Assembly: GCA_050084515.1 (NCBI GenBank)
Contig: CM114271.1
Coordinates: 40,920,001-40,984,000, forward strand
DNA: 64,000 bases
Source: Blasia pusilla
Lineage: Eukaryota
Reading direction: 5' to 3'
This document shows positions 14,240 to 25,617 of the stretch, in pieces; the first letter of the stretch is position 1; the number at the start of each line of letters is the position of its first letter. The position numbers and the translations under genes are program-made. A model generated the notes under the pieces. That model had not been told where the DNA came from. It was given only the letters and a program-made list of their open reading frames with translations, and did not search any database.

Positions 14240-15365
14240 CAGGTTAAAGGAATCCAACATGTCTTAGAGAAGAAAATAAGCCTAAGAGTGGTTTGAAGAT
14301 ACTAGGGGAACGAGCCAAAAGTGAAGAAGCCCGCCACAATGCCTTAGAATTTGGTCTACCAAGGAAAGAGTCCGACCACTCAAGCAGCCAAATTGTAAGA
14401 ATCCGACAGTTTGCCTGGAAATGGTTGAAAAGTTGCAGTGGTCAAAAAGTGAAAAGTTGCAACCCGTCGGAATCACACGGGTTGCAAAATAAACATTCTG
14501 AGTAGCTAGACGAACACAATCCACAAGTCCAAAAAATTTTTCAGCAAACTTTTACAAACACCATTATCGGTTGAAAAAATCTCGTCCTTTATTACCTCCG
14601 AAGGAACCTTGGAAATGTACATTTGATCCAGTCTATGATTTCTTCAGCCTCGTCATCTACAAATTTACTCCTAACTCTCCTGGGTTCCTGTACAAAAGGA
14701 ATGTCCTGGGATACAAGTGGCTCCTCTCGCCGATTGGGGATAGAAAATGTTGGCAAATTCGAGAGCCTTGGCCCCCCCCTAGGTACACCATAACGGTCCC
14801 ATGTAACCTGATTTGAGTCCCACCCCCTTCCTTGGCAGTAAATCTTGTACGTTCTGCAATGTGACACCCATCCAGTATCAATATGTGCTCCGTCCTTGGA
14901 AATACCATGATGACAATCCCACAAGTAGTAGGAATCCAACACGTCTGAGAGAAGAGAAGAAGCCTACGCATTGTTTGACGATACTAGGGGAAGGTGCCAA
15001 AGTGAAGAAGCCCGGCAGAATGCCTCTTAAGTTGGTTCAATAGGGAAAGAGTCCGATCACTCACGCAGCCAACCAGTCGGAATCCGACAGGTTTCCTGGA
15101 AGTGGTTAAAAAGGTGCAGTGGTCAAAAAGTGAAAAGTTGCAAGCCGTGGAAATCCGACGGGTTGCAAAATAGAAGTCCTTGGAGTACATAGACGATCAC
15201 ATTCGAAAAGACATAAAAGATATTCAACAAACTTTTAGAAACACCACCATCGTTCGAAAAAATCTTATCCTTTATTACATCCGAAAGAAGCTCAGAACTG
15301 TACATTTCATTTATTCTATGAATTATTTTGCCCTCGTCATCAAATAAATCCCTACTCCAAACGCT
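14240..15365. repeat. Internal direct duplication (~14240-14680 vs ~14925-15365)
   Basis: Shared blocks GATACTAGGGGAA..AAAGTGAAGAAGCCCG and GCAGTGGTCAAAAAGTGAAAAGTTGCAA. The same duplication is in copy B (~30300-31240), so it predates the A/B split. Confidence 0.8.
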
Positions 15366-15397
15366 GCAGTCAAGCTGGGTCCTTGAGTTCTTTGAAC

Positions 15398-18300
15398 TCA
15401 CTCGTCATCGTCCGAGAGCTCTTGCAAAATTACTTTCGGCATTGCCCTCCCAATTTTTGGAATCGTGGGAAGTGACGATGGTGTCACTACCAATGGTGGG
15501 TCTGCAACCGGAGCTCTCGGCTTCGAAGGAGAGTTGTACGCCCCAACTAGCGTGTCGTAATCTGCCTTTGCCTCCTTGCAAAGGTCAAACAGTTCCTGCC
15601 TTCCCTCGAGGCAGAGAATGTCCTTGCCACTCTGCCAGGCGCCTTTGATACTCGCCCCTGAAAGGCCCACTAAGTCGAACACCAAGTCACCCAGGCTTGA
15701 GCAGAGCTCGATGAGCGTTTGCATTAGGGCTGGCGACTTTTCCCTTCCTCCAAGTAGTGGGGTACCGTCTTGCATGAAAATTTTCGGGGGGGGGGGGAGG
15801 GAGAATTGTATAAACTATCTAAGCTGTACCCATCGGAGCATGGATCCACAGGATCCTCGATCTTAAACACCTGGAAGTTATGCTCGGGCCGAACGAAGCA
15901 GTAAACATAGGAGTGGTCCATATGTAAAGAAGCACGTTGGAAACAATGTCAACAACTTGGCCACTAGTCTACTCTCAGTATGGTGACATAATGTGCAACA
16001 CGTCACCAAATAACTTTGCTTAACCCCAGAGAACTTCTTTATAATACTAACATTGGAGCAACCTGTCGGAGCTAGACGGGTTGTTTTTGTCCATGACCAA
16101 CCCGTCGGAAGGCGACAGGTTGCTGGCTTAGAGCAGCCCATGCTTGGCTGAGAGAAACCCGTCGCTTTCCGACGGGTTTCTCTCAGCCAAGCAACCTGTC
16201 GCCTTCCGACGGGTTGCTCACGGACAAAAACAATCCGTCGGAGAAATACAATGTGGAGACAGGAATAGAGCCTTACCCAAATTTGACTCGTTGCGGATCG
16301 GAGTGGGTACTTGTTCTTGATTATCCACAATTGCGCCGGCCTCCACTTTAGCAACCTCTTGACGCATTGGAGGTTGAAAAGCTCGTCCTCGCTCCCTCCA
16401 CTCAAAACTAAGAAACAACCCCTGTCACTGAGATAAGCATCTGCAAAGGAAAACAAGAGCGCGATCTGGTCATAAGAAAGGGGGACATTCCAGTCTAGGA
16501 CCCCGTCGGACGGATTCTCGTCCCACAAGCGCAACCCCGAGGGCAAATCACCGATCAAGAGATCCACCGCCACCTCTTCGACCACCCCATGGACCGTCCA
16601 GGGCCGTTTCGTTGAAGCTTCTGTCCCAGCGTTGTCAATTTCTCGATGGCGGGTGTCGATGCTTGGGAACTGAAACTTTTCAGCTCATCCAGTAGATTCG
16701 TGAAGTGAAGGATGACGCTTGTCTGGGTCGTTGTTTCTCTATGTCTTCCCAAGGATGATGGACTGTATTCCACATCGTGGTCTGCTCCTTGGGACAACCC
16801 TGGCGCCTCTCGCTTCCGCTTCTCTCGAGTCTGCGGTCGGCTTGTTGGGGTCTCTATGACCTCAGACTCTGGTGGGGTTTTTTTGCGGAGGACCTGGTCC
16901 GACCTTCTCTCCCCGCTCTCCCGGACGATTCGGCTCTGGCCTTGAATCTTCAGCCTCTCTTTGGGAAGACTCGGCCTTGGAATTCTTCGATCCCCTCGCC
17001 TTGGCTTTGAAACCCGTTGTAGATTTGTCTTTGGCTATGTGGACCTTGGAAGCCAACTCCGCTGTCTCGAGGGCTTGCTCTTCCGCATCTCCTTCGAAAA
17101 AGTCTTCAGGCTGCACAAAATTGGGGATGTCGTCCCGTCCTGCGGCCATTGCATCATAAAGCAGGCGTAGATCTTTCTCGGTTATGTCCTCAGGGTTGTT
17201 GAAGTCCAGCCAAATCGGGAAATTCTCCACCTCCCAATCGGACATGTTCTGAGCCATCTCCGTGTCGTACATGGAGAATGTCTCTCCATCAGGCGGAGAA
17301 GCCCATAATTTGCAGGCTGCCGGTATTTTTTTCCAGGTAACTGCATTCTTACAATGGACGAGGTACCTGAACACCATGCGTTGGGCAGCTCTTAGTCGAA
17401 TTGCATCGGCCGCCTGCTCTTGAAGATCTCGCTTCTTCTTTGCAAAATCCCTTTTTTTCCCCTCGATTTCTTCATCAAGGTCTGCCTGAGGGAGGATGCA
17501 ATCCTTGAACATCGTCTTGAAACCTGGGTTTTTTATGGGCTTGTCCCAGATGTCATCGAGCCAAAGTTCGAAATCATCAGCACTCTCCAGGTTTGCTTCC
17601 TCTGAAAGTGGCTCTATTCTTTTCAGCTCCGCATGGAGACCGTCGAGCATGGACTTCCCGATAAGCCGCAACGCGTCCCAGAACGACCATTCGCGGAGCC
17701 AGTGGGAGATCACTAGATCAAAGACACCCGAAGGATGGTGTGCCGCCCTCTTTTGGGCCTCTGTGCCCTCGAGACTGATTTTCATCACTCGTATTCTCCT
17801 AAATTCACTTATTCCAAACAAGGCAAATCGATGCACGCGATCGAGAGACACTTTCTCCCCAATCCGACCTTGCGGATCTTCATCCCTTTTCCGCTAGCGC
17901 TTGATTATCGCCTTCAATTCCTTGTAGAAATCAGGACCAAGTTCGGGGTTGAGAATGGCGATGTTGCGCTGCATCTTGCTTGCCGTGTACTTCGTTGCTG
18001 CAGATATTGCAGCTTGGATGAATTTTGCACGCTCAGACACAGACACTTTCTCCCTCCGCTCCTGCTCCAATGCAACTCTCTTCTTGGCGGCCTGTATCCT
18101 CGACGAGCAAAGGATTGTGATGGCTGCATCTTGGGAAATAAATCTATTTGCCCAAGTCTTCTTTTTGATTTGTGCACCCTTTGCCAGCATCTCATTTACA
18201 AGGGCGTCGCCCAAGAACCCCTTGTACTCTGACGGGTGCGTCGTTAGCACTTTCTTCACCCGATTGCAATCGTGGATACAGTGGTGGGTGACATTCCCCT

Positions 18301-20284
18301 CCGATACAATCCTGCACATCCAAACTCAATATAAGAAATTTTGTAAGGTACATGGGTTCTTGCAACCCGTCGGACTACGACAGGTCGTCACAGCTCAAGG
18401 TCGGATTGTAGCAACGAGCTAAATTTTGCAACCCATCGGAGTCCGACGGATTGCATTCAGATTTGTGATTGCCTCGTTTCAACTCGTTGGACTCCGACGG
18501 GTTGTTAGATAGTCCGTATCAAAAGTTAACATATCAACCCGTCAGAGTCCGACACGTTGCGCAATTTCAATGAAAGCTGCAATTTGACGCCAAAAATGTA
18601 GCTCCCAACTTCCGAACGCAACCTGTCGGACTTCGACGAGTTGCTTTCGGCCAAAAACATCAAAAAACCTCAAAAAACAGCTTTGAGTCAAGCAACCCGT
18701 CGGACTCCGACGAGTTGCTTTCTTCAAAAAACATCCAAAAAATGCGGCGAGTTGAGCAACTCGTCGGACTCCGACGAGTTGCTTTCTTCAATATACATCC
18801 AAAGAATCAATATACAGTCGAGCAACTTGTCGGACTCCGACGAGTTGCTTTGTGCCAAAAACATCCTAAACCTGTGGTCAGTCGAACAACTCGTCGGAGT
18901 CCGACGAGTTGCTTTCAGCCAAAAACATCCTAAACCAATGATCAGTCGAGCAACTCGTTGGAGTCCGACGAGTTGCTTTCCGGATGTTGCACCCCAGAAA
19001 CAGTGGCGACTCAAATAACTTGTCGGAGTCCGACGGTTAGCAGCAAGAAGAAACTTACGTGTTCATGGCATGCATGGCCATCTCCACCGTCGCCATGTGA
19101 TGAGGGTATGGATGAAGCACCACTGCCTTCACGTAAAAATGTGCCTCCAAGGAGTTTGGGCGCTCCTCTGCAAACTTTGTCCACGCCATGAACCTGTGAT
19201 TTCCATCCCAGATGAAGAAATACAGGTTCCTCATCCAACTGAATTCCGTCCCCTCTATCGCCCTTCTGAATTCCTGATCTCTCATCCTCCAGAATGTGTC
19301 GAGCGATTCCAAGTCCTCCTCTGTAACCAGCGCTTGGGTTCCATGGTCATCGTAAGGCTGAACATAGAACGGAGGGAAGTCGGCGACGAGGATCGCCGCC
19401 CGATTGTTTGAGTTTCGCAATATCCTCATCAGACTGAATTTCGCGGACGTACTCCATTGTCCGCAATTGGCAGAGTGGAATTCTCGGGGCGTTATGGCCC
19501 TCCATCAATGCCATCTGCTTTAACACTTGTCACAATGGGGACAAGATCAATAAGCTACACTGAATTGCCAATGAATTGCAACATGGACCTTCACATAATT
19601 CAAAAAACACAGATCCTCTCTTACCCTCTCGAAGATTGGGTTGGTGTCTTGGCCAGCCAACTGCTCTGAGACAGCACTTGGCAAGTCCACTGGAAACTCG
19701 TCGATCCGATAGAGGTCGATTTCTTCCGTCGGGCTTAGAGACGAGGATGACCGCTCTCGTGCTTCTTCAGCGATGTCCACCATCTCCACGCTGGCGGTCC
19801 TCATGACCTCATCGTCCGTGACTTGAACTTCGGCCGTTTCCGCTATATTGATTGTGTCCCCGGACTTCATCGGGGACATTTCCCGCATCTCAACACTTTC
19901 GGTTGGACGGGCAGGGCTTTCTTCAATGGCTATTGCTTTTTGCCTCCGAGCTTTAGCCAATTCAGCTCTCCTCACCGCCGCGTCTAGACGCTTCTTTTCT
20001 CGCTTTTTGTCGGCGACCCTTTTCTTCAAGGCCTGCGACGCCTCAGCCTCTGCGTTCTGTTTATCGAGCGCCTCCTGTATACGTTTTGCAAGAAGCTCCT
20101 TCTTGTGCATCTCCGCTTCCCTTTCCCGCTCCTCAATTTCTTGCTGCCTTATCTCATTGGCCGAACGAGGCCCTGGAGATGGTGACGCATGAGTCCTCAT
20201 GGACTTGGGAGTGAAGCTCCCAGTCTTGTTTGCTTGAGATTTTTCCTCGTCATTTTTCCCGAAAATGCCTCCACCTATGTGCAC
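15398..20284 (-). pseudogene. Spliced cargo gene, copy A: charged coiled-coil + ParB/Srx-like domain + linker + beta-class N6A/N4C DNA methyltransferase-like domain
   Basis: ParB-like: RIPLCQLRTMEYVREIQSDEDIAKLKQS...YFFIWDGNHRFMAW (DGNHR 19193-19207). Motif IV-like: VDLLIGDLPSG (~16535-16567). Motif X/I/II-like: REKSPALMQTLIELCSSLGDLVFDLVGLSGASIKGAWQSGKDILCLE. Introns: ~19625-19515, 19058-18312 (GT..AG, in-phase join) and 16276-15922 (acceptor mutated to AT). Contains stops/frameshifts. Confidence 0.75.
18361..19047. repeat. Intronic array of 11 palindromic ~27-bp motifs, ~64-bp period in the regular part
   Basis: GCAAC(C/T)(C/T)GTCGGA(C/G)TCCGACGAGTTGC-type copies at ~18362, 18428, 18480, 18535, 18618, 18692, 18756, 18822, 18886, 18950 and 19015. 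Spacers are related to one another. Confidence 0.9.
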
Positions 20285-20579
20285 GATGAATCGCTTGATG
20301 ATTCGCCTTGCTGATGTCGAGATGAGTCGCCTTGATGGGTAGCTCCAATTGTCTCTCGATCGTTCGCTTGTATCGTCTAGCGATGAGTCGCCGTGTAAAG
20401 CGCCCCTTGGTATCTAGTCAGCTGCTATGCGGGAGAGCAATCAAGATCGCGAAATGAAAAACCGGAAATGAGCGATTTCTCCCCTATTTTCTTCTTTTCG
20501 AGCTGTTGGGCTGACCGTTTGGTCGCATCGTCATTCCGACGGCAACGTGCCGGCCGTTATAGAAGTCTGGACGTGAGAA

Positions 20580-21570
20580 ACAACAACCCGACAGCTTCGA
20601 GGGGTTGCACGCTTCCCGAGGGTTCAAGGCATCCGTCCTCGTGGAAACCCGTCGAGTCCGGCAGTTGCGGCGCGCGCCTGGGAAGAGAACGCCGTCCTGG
20701 GAAGAGAACGCGGTTGAGCGCCTCCGCCGCCCTCGGACAAGCAACCGTCGGTACCGAACCTCGGCCCGAGACCGTTGAGCGCCTCCGCCCGACATCTCGG
20801 ACAAGAACGCGAGGTACCCGCGCAACCCGTCGGAGACCGTTGGGTTGCACGCTTCCCTCGTCAAGGGATAACAACGCGGGCTTCCCACGCAACTCTTCGG
20901 AGGCCGACAGGTTGCACGCTTGCTTCATGTAAGCGAAACAAGGCGAGGCCCTTGCGCAACCCGTCTGAGGGCGACGGGTTGCACACCTCGCCGTCTTTGG
21001 GCAAGAAGGTGCGGCACCCGCGGAACTCGTCGGAAACAGACGGTTTGCATGCTTCCTTCATGTAAGTGTTACACCATGAGATAATTGGGCAACCTGTCTG
21101 ATGCCGACGGGTATGTATCCGTGCAACTCGTGGGAGAGCGACGGGTTGCCAACTTCGTTCATGTTTGCGTTACAAGGTAAGGCAGAAGCGTGCAACCCGT
21201 CCGAAGCCGATGGGTTGCACGCTTCGCTGAGCTTGGGTTAATAGTTGAGTTACCAGGGCAACCCGTCGGTTGTCGACAGGTTGCACGCTTTCCTATCCCT
21301 CTGGAAACAATGCGACAACGTATTGTTCCGAGGAAACCCATTGCAATCCAACGGGTCACAAGATGTACCCTGAGTTGGACAATCCCGCAAAAACAAGCGA
21401 TATCTTGTGTTTGATGCTAGCAAAATCGCCTCAAAAGATCTTCGGTCGGCAAGAAGGGGGTATCAACCCAACGGACTCCGACGGGTTCCAACAAAATGAA
21501 GTGTGCTTCGCAACCCACGTCTCTGCTTCCCCAATCCTGTAACACACCTGAGTCCGACATGTTGCAACAG
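20580..21570. repeat. Cluster of the same palindromes between the divergent cargo and transposase genes (copy A)
   Basis: Repeated GCAACCCGTC...GACGGGTTGC variants about every 60-70 bp, e.g. 20822, 20889, 20956, 21192, 21259. Confidence 0.85.
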
Positions 21571-21716
21571 AATTGAATCCATTGTGTCAGACAATTTCAC
21601 CTACCAAACTTCATCTTGTCAGTCAAATTCTGTCAGGAGAATCTGAGTTCCTATTCACTATAAATTAAACATTCTCATTCTCATTCTGAGTCTCCTCCCG
21701 TTAGAATCTTCTGGGA

Positions 21717-23240
21717 ATGGATAATTAGGTGAAGCTCACTTGTGGCAGTCATCTAGCGGCCCTTCCTCAATCAGAAATCGTTCGACCGCAAGCTCTTGAG
21801 TCTTTCATAGCAGTGGATGAAAATTTTCTCTCTGTTCGATTTCTTCTCCAAATTGGAACCATCTTTGTATCCAAGGACGTTAGGATGGACGGTATGGAGG
21901 ACATAATAGGTGAGACAGTGATTGCAGACCGTAAAGTATGGAATCTCGTATCTTTAGCAAATGGTCAATACAGAGTTTACGGCTTGCCCTTGAATTTGTC
22001 TGTTTCCCAAGTAGACGGTCAAGAATTTCCTATTGCATCGAGCTCTACATTTGCAACTCCTAGCACAGTAGATCCGGCTTCGACTCTAACTTCATACGCT
22101 ATTATCAACCTCAGTGGATCTGTCGGACACCAACCGGGCCCTCTGTCCGACTACTCGTTCCTCTTGCGAGTATCAAGCAATAGTTTGCTATCGTCTCTGG
22201 CCTTGAAAATGTTCAAGCACATTCTTGTCGACGAGCTGCCGCCTACGTACGATGGAAATTGCATTTTTGAGTTGCCTCCACTTGCTGCTCCTGCTCAAAA
22301 GAAAGATGGAGGACGCCTGAAGGGTATGGACAGAAAGTCTAATTGTCATCGATGGTGTAGGCTTCAACGGACTAGTGCTTCAATTCTAGATGGTCCTTGG
22401 ATTGTCTCCCGCCGCCAATGCGTTGGAGCCTCGGAGTGTAGAAGTCCAGCATGACCGTATCTAGAGCGCAACGGGCGAGTCAATACGTCGCAATTCCCCC
22501 CCAAGAATGCACAAACTCCATACGAGGTTGGTGCCACCATACCGCCGGGAGGCCATCGATGTCCTCATTGTCAGGCATCGCCCTTCTACGTTGGAGCGTG
22601 TCCTGCATACATAGTTTTCATTATCCACAACTTGGGCTCCACATCAGAGTACACAAGGCTGGCAGTTCATGTTGGCTCCCACACTCATCCTGTGACTGAT
22701 GCAATTCAGAGACACATCAAGGAGGATGTGGCAAAGAAAGTTGCCGAGGTCTACAGAAACTCTCCGGGTTCAAATCCCGGAGTGATCAAGCTCACAACAG
22801 CATCACAAATTTGTGAACAATTGCTTGGAATCCCTGGATAGGGTGAGATCACGGCGGCTGAGGAGAAACAACTATGGGAAAATCTCGCATTTCTCGCTGA
22901 TCCTGAATGCTTCCGAATTTGCTGCGTCAGATACGGGTTCTAGATGGAAAGACGGCCGAAATGGATGCCATCGCCAGAATCAAGGCCAACTCCAGATTTC
23001 CATTCATTCAAAGATGGCAGTTCATGGGCCAAGGAGGCGAGGGATCCAGGGCCGATGTCTTCAAAATGTCAACCACAGGTCCGTCGAGTGGCCTCGATCT
23101 TATAGATCGAATGAGGGAAGGGGAAGATCTTTACGGCAGCTGGATAAGCTTTGATATTTGCTACAGAGTGTTGAACGGATGGTTGAAAATGGGTACTCAC
23201 GTTTATGACCATGTGGAGAAGGGACTCAAAACTATATTTG
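21717..23240 (+). pseudogene. Mutator/MULE-like transposase, N-terminal part (copy A), truncated
   Basis: Cys/His region CVGASECRSPA..CPHC..CPA..RLAVHVGSHTHPV resembles WRKY/GCM1-type zinc fingers. Followed by WISFDICYRVLNGW..HVYD, plausibly the first acidic residue of an RNase H-fold DDE core. Superfamily call is by resemblance only. Confidence 0.55.
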
Positions 23241-24114
23241 TCTGGAGTGGTGGCACCGACCTCATATGGAGTTTTTGCATTCTTGGAGGGGAATTGCAAC
23301 GTGTTGACCCGCTCGTTGCGCTCTAGATACGAGCATGCTGGACTTCTACACTCCAAGGCTCCAACGCATTGGCGGCGGGAGACAATCCAAGGACCATTTG
23401 GAATTGAAGCACTAGTCGGTTGAAGCCTGCACCATCGATGACGATCAAATTTCTGTCCAAACCCTTCAAGCATCCTCCATCTTTCTTTTGAGCAGGAGCA
23501 GCAAGTGGAGGCAACTCAAAAATGCAATTACCATCGTACGTGGGCGATAGCTCATCGGCAAGAATGTGCTTGACCATTTTCAAGGCCAGAGACGATAGCA
23601 AACTATTGCGTGATATTCGCAAGAGGAACGAGTAGGCGGACAGAGGGCCCGGTTGGTGTCCGACAGATCCACTGAGGTTGACGACATCCGGAATATCTTC
23701 AGGAAGTACAACATTGTTACCAACGTGTGAAGTTGGAGTCGATGTCGTTTCTACTGAGCTAAGAGTTGCAAACGTAGAGCTCGGTGCAGTATGAAATTCT
23801 CGACCGTCTACTTGGGAAACTGAGGAATTTAAAGGCAAGCCGTAAACTCTGTATTGACCATTTGCAAGAGGTAGGAGATTCCATACTTTACGGTCTGCAA
23901 TCACTGGCTCAATTGTCTTACCTATTATGTCCTCCGTACCGTCCACCCTAACATCCTTGGACACAAAGATGGTTCCAATTTGGAGAAGAAATCGAACTGA
24001 GAGAAAATTTTCATCCACTGGTATGAAAGACTCACGAGCTTGCGGTCAAACGATTTTTGATTGAGGAAGGGCCGCTAGATGACTGCCACAAGTGAGCTTC
24101 ATATAATTATACAT
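23241..24114 (-). pseudogene. Same transposase, N-terminal part (copy B)
   Basis: Near-identical protein to 21717-22540 (DENFLSVRFLLQIGTIFVSKDVR...YDGNCIFELPP...RRQCVGALEC). Confidence 0.6.
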
Positions 24115-24679
24115 TCCCAAAAGATTCCACTGGGAGGAGACCGAGAATAAGAATGAGTATAAGAATGGGAATGGGTATGAGAATGAGAATGAGAATGAGA
24201 AAGAGAATGTTTAATTTATAGTGAATAGGGACTCAGATTCTCCTGACAGAATTTGACTGACAAGATGAAGTTTGGTAGGTGAGATTGTCTGACATAATGG
24301 ATTCAATTCTGTTGCAACTTGTTGGAGTCCAATGGGTTGCAGAATTTGGAAATCAGAGACGTGGGTTGTGAAGCACCCAGTTCCGTTCTTTGTTTCCGTA
24401 TCCCAATGCAAGTTGGAACCCGTCGGAGTCCGTTGGGTTGGTACCCCCTTCTTTCCAACCAATGGTCTTTTGAGTCGATTTTGCTAGCATCAAACACGAG
24501 ACATCGCTTGCATTTGCTAAGGAAACCAATCGTTGGGGACTGTAACGGGATTGTCCAACTCAGGATAGACCTTGTGACCCGTCGGATTGCAAGGAGTTAT
24601 CTCGGAATTATGCGTTGTCGCATTGTTACCCGAGGGATAGAAAAGCGTGCAACCTATCGGTAACCCACGGGTTGCCCAG

Positions 24680-25150
24680 GTACCTCGCCTATTACCCCAA
24701 GATGAGGGAAGCATGCAACCCATCGGCCTTCGACGGGTTGCGCAAGTGCCTCGCCTTGTAACGCTTACATGAAGGAAGCGTGCAACCCATCGGCCTCCGA
24801 CGAGTTGCGCGGGTACCCCGCCTTGTTATCCCAAGATGAGGGAAGCATGCAACCGGTGCGCCTTCGACGGGTTGCGCAAGTGCCTCGCCTTGTAACGCTT
24901 ACATGAAGGAAGCGTGCAACCCGTCAGCCTGCGACGAGTTGCGCGGGTACCCCGCCTTGTTATCCCAAGATGAGGGAAGCGTGCAACCCGTTGGCCTCCG
25001 ACGTGTTGCGCAAGTGCCTCGCCTTGTAACGCTTACATGAAGGAAGCGTGCAACCCGTTGGCCTCTAATAAGTTGCTGTGTACCCCACCTTGTTATCTCA
25101 AGACGAGGGAAGCGTGCAACCCCCAAATCTCCGACGAGTTGCATGGGTAC
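24680..25150. repeat. 134-bp tandem repeat (~3.5 units), two palindromes per unit
   Basis: GTGCCTCGCCTTGTAACGCTTACATGAAGGAAGCGTGCAACCC recurs at 24746, 24880 and 25014. Confidence 0.9.
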
Positions 25151-25617
25151 CTTGCGTTCTTGCCCGAAGACGGCGGAGGCGCGCAACTTGTCGATCTCCG
25201 ACAGGTTGCTAGGATAGCTCGGATTTTTAACCCGAGGAGGACGGATGCCTCCAACCCGCGGGAAGCGTGCAACCCGTCGGAGCCGTCGAGTTGGTGGTTT
25301 TCATGTCCAGACTTCCATAACGGCCGACATGTCACCGTCGGAACGACAGTGCGATCCAACCGTCAGCCCAACGGCTCGAAAAGTATAAATAGGCGAGGGT
25401 TCGCTCATTTCCGGTTTTTCATTTCGCAATCTCGATAACTCTTCCGCGCAGCAGCTGACCTGGTACCAAGGGGCGCTTTACACAGCGACTCATCGCGAGA
25501 CGATTCGAGCGACTCAGCAAGGCGACTCATCGCGGCATCAGCAAGGCGACTCATAGAGGCGATTCATCGTGCACAGAAAGTAACTTTGTTGTCGAGGAGG
25601 AGGCATTTTCGGGAACA

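Larger units (their letters stand above)
13546..23240 (+). mobile_element. Inner copy (A) of the same element in opposite orientation, truncated within its transposase
   Basis: ~13935-22545 is the diverged reverse complement of ~23241-31686. Begins with a GAGAGGAAGAGAGG tract like that at 12338. Confidence 0.7.

Noticed and set aside
18361-19047. CRISPR-like array (palindromic ~27-bp repeats with ~36-bp spacers)
   Set aside because: Spacers are homologous to each other (..AAAAACATCC.AAA..), repeats are degenerate and also dispersed, the array is inside a spliceosomal intron, and no cas genes are visible.
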